From Phoronis australis (Eukaryota; Animalia; Phoronida), in NCBI GenBank assembly GCA_002633005.1, contig NMRA01000152.1, positions 484,594-548,593 of the forward strand: a stretch of 64,000 nt of DNA, in the 5' to 3' direction. Within the stretch, counting starts at the first letter, position 1. Each line of letters starts with the position of its first letter. The notes under the pieces were generated by a model that saw only the letters and a program-made list of their open reading frames with translations, had not been told where the DNA came from and searched no databases. Below, piece by piece: positions 53,001 through 64,000 of the stretch. A program made the position numbers and the translations under genes.

Positions 53001-56000
53001 TTTATACTCAGAGACTAAAATGTTGTGAGTTTGTACATTTCGGACTACTCTCTACAGTCCTTTGACAATGAGTGATGACGGGATGTTCAGTGTTCCCGAC
53101 GTTCTGTTTTCCGGAAGTAGTATGATGTCATAAACAGGTGGAAGCTGCAATCCTTGATGTCAATTCATGGTCGGCTAACAAGACTAACAATCCCACCATG
53201 AATCAAGATCAAGGATTGTAGCTTCCGACTATGTACGACGTACTACTTCCGGAAAACAGAATGGCGGGAAACCTGAACGTCCCGTCATCAGTCATTGACA
53301 AAGGACTGTAGAGAGTAGTCCGAAACGTACGAACTCACAAGATTAGTCTCTGAGTAAGTTGATTCTAGCTATACCATCAGTGGATCAACCAAACTAAAGT
53401 GCATTGTGACTTTGTGTGTGCTTCACCTTGCACACTATTTTTTTAAAAATTGGAAAAATGAAAAATAAATTTAAGAATGATATATTCCATTGATATAATA
53501 AATGCCAGATTTATCTCATTTTTTCTTTCATACATTGTGATTCTGTGCTAGTGTAAAGATTTTTCGACTTTCATGGCCCCTAAGAGACTAAAATGTCCTC
53601 CCCCAAAAAAAAATTGTGGGCCCACTTCTGCCTAGTGTGCGGAATTGAAAAGTGAACACTGTCGTGACCGGGGTTTGGCTATATAATGCTCACCTTTTGT
53701 CCCATTTTGCATTTAGATCAGTTAACAAAATAAAGTACAACAAGCATTTGATATATAGACTTATGACATAGTGCAGTAAAGTTTCATTTAATGCGAACAA
53801 AAATAATGGCAAAAATTATAATTTTGAATTTTTCACTCTACCACTACTGCCAGACACATTTCATCTTGTGTCTGTTGATGGCAGCCGTACGATCAACGAC
53901 TTTCAAGTAATCAAGTAAAATTGTCTTCTCGTTTACTCCTGTTATAAAGTTTCATCTTTTCACCATACTGTGTTTTAATTTAATGAAACTGTTACCGTAT
54001 CTCTACCATTTTTGTTGTAAGCTTCTCTCGTTTGAGCTTCTTGGTGGTAGCAGGTTTTCTTCTCTCCTTCTAGGCCCAGCTTCGTTTACTCAACCATTGG
54101 TTTCACGTGTGTTGCGTTTGTTACCGGCGCCCTCGCGTTGTGGGCCCCGTCCTTCTTCGATTATTCCCTGAGAGGCAGAGGGCAGTTCATGAAGCCACAT
54201 TTGTAAGTAGACAACCTTGACGCGTTTCTGGTGTTCCTTTGTAGGCCCTCCTATATAGCCCTGGTGTTTGGCGGTATATGCGTCAACTTCACCACCGGCG
54301 CCTTGACCTGGTGGACACCGGCGGTGCTGGACTATGCCATTCGTGCCCGCGGTCTTTTCACGAATGTGTCTTTGTGAGTAGGCCACGTGTTGTAAGCTTC
54401 CTGAAATGCGATTTGAGGTTTAGTCAGAAATTTGGTTTTACACTCCACACAACTATTTCTGGAAAGTTATTAAAACCTTGCTTTAGCATAAAAACAAAGT
54501 ATCTGAAAATATACCGATAACTATTGCTTTCTGAGAAAATTTGTACAAATAATTTCCATGCAGTAATGTGCTGATAATTAACGACTAAACCTTTATTTGG
54601 TAATAGTAAAGTGTGAGCGAAAGACCAAATTTCCATCTTTAGTCTTGACTTTACTTTTTTGAAACGGGCCTCTAGTTTAGTGCATGTGCGCACGCTTCTG
54701 TTTGTTCTTAGAATTTAACTCGGTGAAGGTATGGAGAGTGTAGAATTTGATTTTCTACTTCATACCAATTGACTGGGTCGCATGGTCATGTCTTTTAAGT
54801 AAAATGAAGAAAAGAAGGTTTGTTCATAACAAAAACAACAGCATGGACATGACCAAATTTTTTTTCGCTTAAATGTCAGTTATGAAATCTCAAAAAAGTA
54901 CTGTTTCTGATTTCAAAATCATGGTTTATTTCAATTTGAACGTTTTATGGTTCTTTTGAGTTTTTTCATAAAAACATAAAAGTCCTATTTTTAATTCCCC
55001 AAAAGTCGATGATTTTATAAGTCCTTCCAAACAGTTTTTAGAGAACAGTGCATAAAGTCGTCATGTTCCAAATTTTGAATTCCTGGTTATTATTTCTCTT
55101 ATATGTCAGTGTCAGTGATGCTGAAAGGTGGAGTTGTGGTGAACATGTACTAACTTATTTGTAACAAGTGCATTAACTTGTTATGTTATGTGTGGCTTGT
55201 ACCATTTTTGTTGCTTCCAGTCAGTCTTTTTGGTTAATCCAAATACATAGTACAGTGTTCATTATTTTAATAATGAATCACATAACTTATTGCATAGGCA
55301 TGATTCTGGACCGGGGATCCACTCCAGACAGACCGCTAAAAATGAAAAATGCTGCCTTCATGCTATATTTTAGGAATGTCACAATATTCCTCCCTCACGA
55401 CATCTTAGATACAATAGTGTATTAGCTTGATTTGAAGTTTGATGATAGATGTACATAAATTAAATTGTATTTCGGAATATATGATTTAGTGAAGGCCATC
55501 ATAGTGTCATGGCAAGTGCTGAACTGTGAAACGCTTGTTTCAGTATTTATAGCCTGCAATTGATGCACAGTTAGATCTGAAGCAGTGAGCTTTAGCCATT
55601 CATAGCTTACACCTTGTTGCTGGTTTTGAATAACTGATACATTCTTGGTGGTTATTGCATTGTGACTGAGTTGGACTCTATCCCAAGGTCTTGTTGTGTG
55701 TCAGAACTCATGTCATAGTTTTAGTATTACAGTATAGCAAATGATATTTCTCACACTTGTTGCCCTCTCATTGTAGGATCTCCCTGATATTCGGTATTAT
55801 CACGTGTGCAGCGGGGTTCATCGGGGTGGGTGCTGGTGCAGAGATTGCGCGCCGGTATAAGAAGGTCAACCCCAGAGCTGACCCCATCATCTGTGCCATC
55901 GGCTTGCTGTCCTGCGCACCATTTCTCTATGCAGCTCTCATTGTGGCTCGCTACAACTTCATAGCTACGTGTGTAAGTCTTTGTGTGTTTTTCATTTATG

Positions 56001-58353
56001 AGACATTATGTGCTTCAGGATTTTGAATTTCTAAATACGATTCAGCTGCAGACTGTTTTCCTTTTCTTTGTTACCCTCTCGCTGACAGCACAATTTTTAA
56101 AGGCCAGAAATCAGATTATTGATCATGATTGCTCTTTTCAGGTAATTGTGTTTTTTGGAGAGACTTTGCTTTGTCTCAACTGGGCGCTTGTTGCAGATAT
56201 TTTGTTGGTGAGTGCTTGAACATTCATTACTGTAACTCAAGTGTAACCGTTGCTATGGTCAATGATGCTTTGGCTATTGTTCAAACTTTGCACGTCACCA
56301 GTCTGACTTTTAAGTCATGAGTGATGTACAAACTTAAGTTTGTTTTAAGCAGGGCTTGGAATTTTCCGCGGAAACGCGGATTTCCGCTTTTTTCAAATGT
56401 TCTGTCCGCGCATTTTATTATATTTCCGGGTAAAAAAATCGGATTTGATATAAAATTTCCGTGGCAAATTCCTTTCTTACCGCAGCGTTGCAGACGACGT
56501 TCACCTCGAAAAGCGGAAGTTGCTCTTTATGTTTCGGAGGAACGTAAATTGTCAACATTACCGGGGCATCTGGGATAGCCTGGTGGGATTTTCAATGGTG
56601 TCTCGTATTATTGTAAACCGCGGCGACAAATACTACGGCTCTGCAGCCAAAAATGTGTGGGTTGGGAGTGGATGGACGAGCTAAAAGGACGCAGACGCAT
56701 GCTAGTGATGATCCTCCCGATTTCTGTTGGAGAAAGGCTCACATCGATTTCAAGGCTGGGTAGCGCGCATGATTTGGGTCGTAAAAGTTTCCGCGTTTTT
56801 TGTCATTGGTCATTCCAAGCCCTGTTTAAGGTCTTTTAATAAAGCGTCAAAGCCTGACTTGTGTTGATGCTAAAAACAGTGGTCACCAGAATTTACTAGA
56901 ACTACTCATATTTGTGATGTCCTCCGTCTTTTCACGACATGGTTGCCAACACTGTGTTTATCCCCTTGGTTCATCTTTCTGTGCTTGTAGTATGTTGTCA
57001 TTCCGACCAGAAGATCAACGGCCGAGGCCTTTCAAATTCTGATCTCTCACCTTCTGGGGGATGCTGGTAGTCCATACCTAGTTGGTTTGGTGAGTTATCT
57101 TTTCGTTATTTACTCTTCTTTGAAATAGATTGCCTATTACGTGATATTGATGGTCAGTTTTCTCACTAGATGGAGCTGTTGTTCAAATGATTTTTTTGAC
57201 TCTGCTTTTACCTCCAATAATGCAAGTTGAAAAAGCCATATTCGTTGGTTCTCACTACATTCGTTTTACACACCGAAGCGCATTAAGGAGATGTTTCAAT
57301 GTTTCACCATGTAGTTCAGTAAAAGCTCACTTAGGTTGTACGTGTTTAACTCGGGATTTGACTCGAACAAAGCTCCACAGTACTGTTGATATAGGTGTGC
57401 TCTTGGCCTTTCAGGTAAGTTGGATCGCCATATGTGTATAAAATATCTCAGTCCACATGCATCTGAATTGCGAATTTTACTGTATTTTACAATAGTGCCA
57501 GTTTAGTTTCAAAATTTAAAACAAAGTGATATATAGGCATCTGATGTTTATTTTCCAGATCTCGGATGCCCTTAGGGGTGACAGGGACCCCAGTCTACCC
57601 TCGGTACAGTTTGAGACGTTTCAGTACGCGCTCTACTCGTGTGTTTTTGTATGTATATTGGGAGGAGGCGCCTTTCTGGCCTGTGCTCTATATATTGAGC
57701 AGGATAAGAAGCGAGCGGACAACATCATTAAAGGTGAGAGTTGGTATTTGGTGAGGAGTTCGCTTTCAACTGTGTTTCTGTGATAAGCGGGGTGCCGCAA
57801 GACTGCGTACAAGTTACATGTTACAAATTCAGTCAAAAATTTTGATACTCTTAGGCAGCAACTGGGTGTACCTTGTCTGTAATCTCGATAAGAAACAGGA
57901 GTGATGTGTCGGGTTAAAATGCGGGCTGAATGTGCACGACTCTTTGTGTGATTGTAAAGTTGCGATGTGCGTGTGCTTTATTTAGCAAATCTCGTTTTGC
58001 TTGATTTGTATTTGTCAGACGAAATGAGGCTAGTCACCGCCAATATATAGGTTTTACGATTGTACTGTGTTCTGGTTGTAACTCAAAGTTGATATTCTGT
58101 GTTTTAAATCGTCTCAAACTTGTTTTACCTTAAAGAAGTTTCAGATTTGTTTTTCTCCATAAGCAAAAACAATGTCACTTTAAACGCTGTTTGCAAACAA
58201 GCTTTCGTTTTCGAGATTTAATGTGTGGTGTACGTTACAGAGAGTCAAGTGATTGTGAGCGAGACTGACAGCGACGACGACGACCTGTTGAGCGCTGTTG
58301 ACCCCACCGTGGAAGATGCCAAGCATTCATTCCGACGTACTCAGCTCACATGA
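40745..58353 (+). CDS. spin: Spinster / SPNS1-like MFS lysosomal lysolipid transporter, 11 exon positions, about 553 aa
   Basis: Signature motifs [70 protein letters not shown]; dileucine sorting-like motifs DRENLI and DDDDLL; exact start ATG uncertain (40745 or 40844). Confidence 0.95.
41198..41547. mobile_element. PIF/Harbinger-type MITE
   Basis: TIR G(T/C)CGCATTTACACGA, TTA TSD on both sides. Confidence 0.7.
41889..42289. mobile_element. Copy of the 6644-7025 MITE, truncated at its left end
   Basis: Colinear similarity (GGGCGTTTATTTGGTGTTAC repeats, right TIR). Confidence 0.78.
43195..43397 (+). CDS. spin: spinster exon 2
   Basis: [10 protein letters not shown]...[28 protein letters not shown]...SSFIPGN. 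Confidence 0.95.
46633..47375. mobile_element. Probable non-autonomous DNA transposon remnant
   Basis: GCCCGTTTC(G/A)TGAAA termini and subterminal repeats, inverted at the far end; a similar end occurs at ~54660. Confidence 0.45.
47567..47718 (+). CDS. spin: spinster exon 3
   Basis: [24 protein letters not shown]...FYFAIPIG. Confidence 0.96.
48648..48714 (+). CDS. spin: spinster exon 4
   Basis: [22 protein letters not shown]. Confidence 0.95.
49015..49151 (+). CDS. spin: spinster exon 5
   Basis: VTPILG...DPPRGESEG...DDLKHLVR; ends in phase 2. Confidence 0.95.
50675..51760 (+). mobile_element. 5'-truncated Penelope-like retroelement (RT C-terminus plus GIY-YIG endonuclease) in spinster intron 5
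   Basis: ORF 50687-51580: (Y)VDD at the truncation point, LPFLDV, VVYKFIC..C...YIGET.R.LKTR.KEH, EALHI...P.LN; hammerhead downstream. Confidence 0.93.
51659..51706 (+). ncRNA. Minimal type I hammerhead ribozyme of the Penelope element
   Basis: GACTT-CTGAGGA-T-GGTGT..loop..ACACC-GAAAC-ATGT-C-AAGTT: core CUGANGA and GAAA, stems I and II, palindromic ACATGT stem III, GUC cleavage triplet. Confidence 0.8.
52742..53363. mobile_element. Palindromic foldback element (MITE-like) interrupted by the family B SINE
   Basis: Arms ~53005-53170 and 53196-53363 are inverted repeats with a ~25-nt spacer; the left terminus lies at 52742-52760. Confidence 0.8.
52761..53004 (+). mobile_element. tRNA-derived SINE (family B) with 12-bp TSD
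   Basis: TGGCCTGGTTG / GGTTCGAGTCC boxes; TSD TACTCAGAGACT at 52749-52760 and 53005-53016; 3' part matches 31680-31770 in reverse. Confidence 0.8.
54074..54202 (+). CDS. spin: spinster exon 6a (canonical TM7; mutually exclusive)
   Basis: 129 nt, phase 2-2; [42 protein letters not shown]; TTCTAG/GTAAGT. Confidence 0.95.
54245..54373 (+). CDS. spin: spinster exon 6b (divergent TM7; mutually exclusive)
   Basis: 129 nt, phase 2-2; [42 protein letters not shown]; TTGTAG/GTGAGT. Confidence 0.9.
55777..55972 (+). CDS. spin: spinster exon 7
   Basis: [17 protein letters not shown]...[14 protein letters not shown]. Confidence 0.95.
56142..56207 (+). CDS. spin: spinster exon 8
   Basis: [22 protein letters not shown]. 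Confidence 0.95.
56350..56824. mobile_element. Non-autonomous hAT-like DNA transposon (same family as 7551-8060, opposite orientation)
   Basis: Same TIRs; 6-bp flanking duplication TTTAAG. Confidence 0.85.
56991..57089 (+). CDS. spin: spinster exon 9
   Basis: [33 protein letters not shown]. Confidence 0.97.
57559..57733 (+). CDS. spin: spinster exon 10
   Basis: ISDALRG...[33 protein letters not shown]. Confidence 0.95.
58241..58353 (+). CDS. spin: spinster terminal coding exon
   Basis: TTACAG acceptor, phase 1; [37 protein letters not shown]. Confidence 0.8.
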
Positions 58354-60732
58354 TCGCAGCCTCCTGGCACTATTCATAGTTAAAGCATGTTATATTGTTA
58401 TTGGTTATCATCACGCGACAAGTGTTGAAAGCATTCAAGTTGTTGTTTTACACTTCATCTGTGAACATTTTATAAGGATTTGTGGAAATTGTGGTGAAAT
58501 ACCAGGCATTATGGGCCATTTGTTTTTTACCATGTGCATGATGAGTGACCAGTATGAAGGTTAGAAGTATAGTATGTACAGCTGTGAGGAAAATCTCCTC
58601 TTGTAACCTCAAAATAGCCATTCAAACACCACCTTTATGCTGGTGCCGTGCCCGATTGTTCCATGGACTGGCTATTTTGTGGCTTTGAAGAGTAATTAGT
58701 AAACATTTGCAAGTCTTAAGGTCGAACTGAGACAAGGCTTTCCTAAATTAATGATTTTTTCAATTTGTAGTTGAAACCTGTTAAAGCAAGTAAACTGACT
58801 TTGTTTTCTTAGCCATGTGTAATTTCCTCACAAGTGGGCGTTTGTCTCTTCTGATTGGTCGACCCCTACGATGATTTTTACTCAGTATTATTCTAAACAG
58901 ACTAACGTACTTTGAGGGTATACTATGCAACTGGTTTACGCAGTTCAGCCTCAAAGAGTACCGTATGCAGAATAAATTCTGCCGTGTCTCAATCTTATGG
59001 TTACAAGATAGCTCTAAGCATTTGCTAAGATCTCCATACGATGGTTTCTGTTGCATCATTGTTTGTATGGAAACCCTCGTTTTCAAATGTATTGAAACGT
59101 TTTTTTTTTTGTTTTTTTTTAATTAAAATGGCACATGCGAATAAATGGTGCCCTGTTTCTGTACGTGAATTGAAGTCTTGTATTAAAAGGTATTGTTTGT
59201 TATGCAAGGTGAGAGTAAGACACATATATGTACCCTCACCATTCCCACATATTCCCGTCGGCATCAAACAAGCAACATACAGGCTTGCATTACACATGCT
59301 CACAATGTGAACAAGTGTATCCTTTAGAGGATCTGGATCGCCTCTTTTAGTTTCGGATTTATTTAATATCTACATTATTTATCATAATTGGACAAATTTC
59401 TGGTTACTGAGTTCATAGATATGTTTTGCAATGTACTCGTGTTTGTTTGTGTCATACCTTATATTACTGCTATTCCAAGTAGTCACTAAAACAGCTTTAT
59501 GAGAAATTCTCTACCTATGTCGGGTCAAGTGATGTACCGCACTAGTCCATTGAAACATTTAGCAGTGAATAACCGACTATCCTGTGAATGGGTAGACAAA
59601 GCGATGCAACTCACAGTCCTACCTTGAGTCTGTAAGAACTTCTCAGGTGAAAACAAAAATGACCAGGAGTCCTAGCATTGCCAAGAAATGTGTCAAGGAC
59701 TTGGCAAGTTATAGTTTGCAAGAAGAAATCAAAAATAAAAGTGGATATGTGTTGAGTGTCTAAGTTTCATCAACCAGCCACACAGGTAAATAACTTAACA
59801 TGTTGATTCAAAAGTCTGTAATTTCTTTAGTACAAATTCACCATATAGAATGTATGTCTGAACCTGTCGGTTATACTAGACAGTGTGGTTAGGCAAGAGT
59901 TTGTATGCCTAGTGATTTTGCAAAATTTTTCACTGCTGGTGATATACAGTATGAAACAATACTACATTTCTCCTAATTGTGGTGTACTTTTAAACAGTGT
60001 TTGTTAATTCATATTTTTTAGCAGTTGCTAACATTCACTTCGTTTTCTCTGTAATATGTCTTATTTGTCTTAAAGACTAGTGCAATGTGGACATCAGTGT
60101 GCCACAGGGCACTGAATTGAATATCTTCTCCTTCAAGTGTTGTCTGTTTAAGAACTATCAGGTGTCGAATAATTATCCATTTTTGATGTGTACAGTCGCA
60201 GCATGTATTCAGGTACATATCACCTGTCAAGTTTTTCTAAGAATACGAAACTCAACAGTAGTAAGATTTTTTAGCTGAAGCTGATATTGTACGTGTAAAT
60301 TGATATAACTAGTCAGAAATTCGTCAACATTTTAACTGTCTCGTATTCAATGTTTTTGAAGTACTTGGTAGATCAACTTGTGTTTCATGCCATTCTTGGC
60401 CCCAACTCTGCACCTGTGTTTCATGCCATTATTGGCCCCAACTCTGCATTTGTTCATTTGACAAATACTTAGCCAACTGAATGGTTGACACATCTAGCTG
60501 ACAAACATTGAATTTTGTGAATGTTAGGTGGTAGCAACTCATCAAATGAATAATAAAAAGCTGGGTGTTGTTAGCTTGGAAGCTAAGTATGTATTATTTT
60601 TTGCTGCCATGAACGAACAGTTGATTTGCTGTAAATTGTTCTTGAGCCACCCTCCTGACAATTGACTGTTGTTTCAGCAATATTGTAATGTACATTTTGA
60701 ATGTTATTTTGTATATATTGACCGTAGTAACA

Positions 60733-60738
60733 AATAAA
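60733..60738 (+). terminator. Candidate polyadenylation signal of spinster (long 3' UTR)
   Basis: AATAAA after TGTA-rich sequence and followed by GT-rich sequence; other AATAAA sites exist upstream. Confidence 0.35.
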
Positions 60739-61027
60739 GTTTATAAGAACAGCTAACAGTGGTGTGAATTATCAAACATCGAATGTACTGGTCATGGAGC
60801 ATTGAGGTTTGTAATTGTTGCAGAAATTCATCGTCAAATCATTTACCTAATTAATATTGATTCACAAACTTGGCAATGTTTCTGACTTGGAACTTGTTGC
60901 AATGCTAATTGCAAAAATTGAAACATTTATAACAAAAATACTCCAAATTTCTGACATCAGTTTAACCTGCATTTTGTCCTGTTGAGCCGGCTAAAAACGA
61001 AAACCAAATGAGGCCTCTTACTCATCA

Positions 61028-61160
61028 GAGTGTGGCTCAGTGGTTTGGGCGTCGGACTCCCATTTGGGACAACCGGGTTCAAATCCTGGCTTTACTGGCA
61101 GGTAACTGAGCATTGCACAAAGGATGTAATGCGAAAGCAATTGTGAGGGTGTGCTAGTAG
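61028..61160 (+). mobile_element. tRNA-derived SINE (family A), internally deleted
   Basis: TGGCTCAGTGG / GGTTCAAATCC, shares GAGCATTGCACAAAGG and the tail with the copy at 455. Confidence 0.75.
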
Positions 61161-62284
61161 AAAAAAATCAGACTTAATATTCCTTACCATGATAGGATTC
61201 TATTTTATGTTACCATCAAAATAATCAGCGACTTGAAAAAATGCTTCAGTCTTTATTGGGCGGGATGGACAACCCTAAAATTACAATTCTAAAATGAATG
61301 TACACATTGCCAGCGACTTGTGTGCAGGCTCACTTGGAAATGTTTTTTGAAAAGCCCAAAAGACATCAGTAAAGAATTCAATATTGACAGCTACATAGCA
61401 GCAAAGAGTCCCTTCAAATTTTCAGTCATTCCTTAATCATTGCCCCACAAACGTGACAGAAAAATACCACACAGCTTGTGAACACAGTAATCATTTGAAA
61501 TTTGATTGAGGTTGTATCTCTCCCCTTCTGACATCCTAGAGTCATCATTCAGACAGAGTACAATTGCCCGACTAAAGGAAATCTTCGTGCCACTTCCTTC
61601 TCATTTTCACAACTGTAAAACGAGACAACTGTGGCATTGGAATCGGAACTCAATATGTGCAGCTTTGAAAATAACTGCATATTGTGTTGCCTATTTTTAT
61701 AGGTTGAAATTCTTGTGAATGAAACATGGCACTTGTACAATTCGGTTAGACTAAGCATCTCCTGTTATTGCATACCACTGGACTGTAAAACCAAGAAATT
61801 TCCAATATCATGTTATGATCTAGAATCACTAAATTAAACATGGCAATCACCAAGCCTATTGTGTTGGTGTACACAATTGCTTGGTTAAACAGGTCAGAGC
61901 TTACAGACACACAAAGGAATCAGCAGACAAATATCCGAGTCTTAATTTCTCTGAAAGTAATGTTTTTGTCTGTTCAAAGATTTTTTGGTGATAGCATTTC
62001 ATAAACATCTTCACGACATTTGTTGAAAGTCGTTTGCATGAAGTATTGAAATAACCGTTAGCTTCAGGCGCGCCGTTTACAACTTAATTGCAAGATTATT
62101 TGGGCTTATCAGATGAATGCAGAGAATGAGAGCACTAGACTAGCATGTAAACATTGGTTTGCCAACTTTCTCCCCCGCCTCGCTATCATTGTCAAACTGA
62201 TAACAACACTTTCACCGAAATCGGGAAACTAACACCACGGCGCATTTGGAAAAGAGCAGTGCCATAACACTAAATCGTCGTGAG

Positions 62285-62325
62285 AGACCGTCCGGAGTTA
62301 GTATAGGTGCAACTCCGGACGGTCT
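62285..62325. repeat. Perfect 15-bp inverted repeat with 11-nt loop
   Basis: AGACCGTCCGGAGTT ... AACTCCGGACGGTCT. Confidence 0.8.
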
Positions 62326-64000
62326 GGGCACAACAGAAATCCAGTTCTACTGTGAATCTACATCAATGTGATAAACGAGAGTAGTTCTACTTGCCGCGTT
62401 AGCTGCAAGTATCATTATCGTTTTTATGACACAAAATGTGTAACTGGCCTGAGTGGGCAAAGACTTTTCAACTTCAGTTAATGTATATAAACCAGTCACG
62501 GGAGCGCGAGACCCCTGAGGTACTTGTCAAGTCCTCACCACAATTCTACGTTATGCTTCGCACGACTAACAAAGTGATATGACTTAAACATTGAACACTC
62601 ACAAACAAGAGATCCACTTGAATGAAAATTCCATCCACTCCTGGCACTTATTAGGGACAATGCGATATTTCCACTGAAGAGCCATAATCTCATTTGACAA
62701 GACCGTGAATGTGAAACTCAGAAGTGCAAAGAAAACATTTATTTATGAAACGCCTTTGATTCCAACGTAGAGCTCACCCTGGTGCCAGAATTATGCACAA
62801 ATGAAATGATAATCTTTAGACAAGAACAAAAGACTGGCAGCAAAAACATTTTCTTCAATTTCAAACACATTTAAATAATATTGTTGGAAGATATTGCACA
62901 ATTTCTCATTAATAAAACAATATAACCTGTAATCTTCCATGACTCAAAAGACCCTTCATACAAATTACGGATATTTCTGAAATTTCGATCATGCTTCAAA
63001 AGACAGGAGGCCTACTAGTTTTGGCCCAAATTGACAGAAAGAATCGACTTTTACACTGTCTTATGATGACGTATTACAACTACTAAATTAAGATACAGCG
63101 ACAACATCAAGCTGAAGGAAATCACATACTTCAAATTATAAACCAGGTAGAATAAATCACCTTAGTTGCTGAAACACTATCTACAGAGCGACACAATCAT
63201 TTAAGTCTACACAGCCCAAATACCTTGGTAATGGTTATGGTGGTTTGTAAACAGGGCACTATGAATGACTCAATTTTTAATCATGTCTGAATTCACCACA
63301 TGACGAAGATTAATCACATGTACTCTAAAGATAAATGTCAGTATACAAATGAAATATTACATCCAACAAAACACCACACAACAACTATTAACACCTATTC
63401 AATGCACCAGGGCCTGAGAAACCTACTCATGCTCTCAACTCATATCTCATTAGATCTTCCAGCACCATTGCCTTTTTTCTGCAAGTAAGGGTGTCCCTAC
63501 CTTATGAGGGGATTACATTAATAAGAGACTAGCATTCAACAAAAACATTCTAAGTAGAATCGTGGCGGCACAGAATTGAGGAAATCGAAGTCAACACACA
63601 AGGGATGTTCCCTTCGTTTCACCTCCTCTCCATAGGCCAGCGCTGTGAGCGACTAGAATTGCACTTTCGTATTTTTAATCTTTTTCTGCCTTCTGTGACA
63701 TCATAAATTTATTTCCATCGGTTACTTGATTCCCTAGTTGGGCATATCTCCTAAGATGAAATTCAGTGTTTGTGCGCATTACAATACAAAAATTTTTCGA
63801 CAGATGCATGAACTCAACAAATTTACCAACAAAAATGCGGTTAAGAAAGAAAAACTAGTATCTAATAAACTGAAAATATATGTATACACACGGCGCGTCA
63901 CACTTTGCAACAAGCCTAATTAAATCCAACTTGTAACCACTCACCGTATTACCTAGAATATAAGCCCATGGCCTTACAGTAGAGTATGGCCTTATACTCG

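Noticed and set aside
62738-64000. Possible 3' UTR of a convergent minus-strand gene (TTTATT at 62738)
   Set aside because: No coding exon is visible in the window to support it.

Overview
Eukaryotic genomic DNA from an invertebrate animal. It looks lophotrochozoan-like, but the species cannot be determined from sequence alone. Two intron-rich genes sit head-to-head about 415 bp apart: neurofibromin (NF1, minus strand, start 40329, 36 coding-exon positions read manually, continuing off the left edge) and a spinster/SPNS MFS lysosomal transporter (plus strand, 40745-58353, about 553 aa). Main observation: both genes carry tandemly duplicated, apparently mutually exclusive exons at functionally critical sites. 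NF1 has two versions of the RasGAP FLR-motif exon (15657-15796 and 15294-15430), separated by an intron that folds into a ~40-bp stem. Spinster has two 129-nt versions of the TM7 exon (54074-54202 and 54245-54373), separated by only 42 nt. Introns contain many MITEs, tRNA-derived SINEs, foldback elements, tandem repeats derived from splice-site regions, and a 5'-truncated Penelope retroelement with a minimal hammerhead ribozyme. Exon coordinates were read by eye (GT-AG and phase continuity) and have no transcript support.
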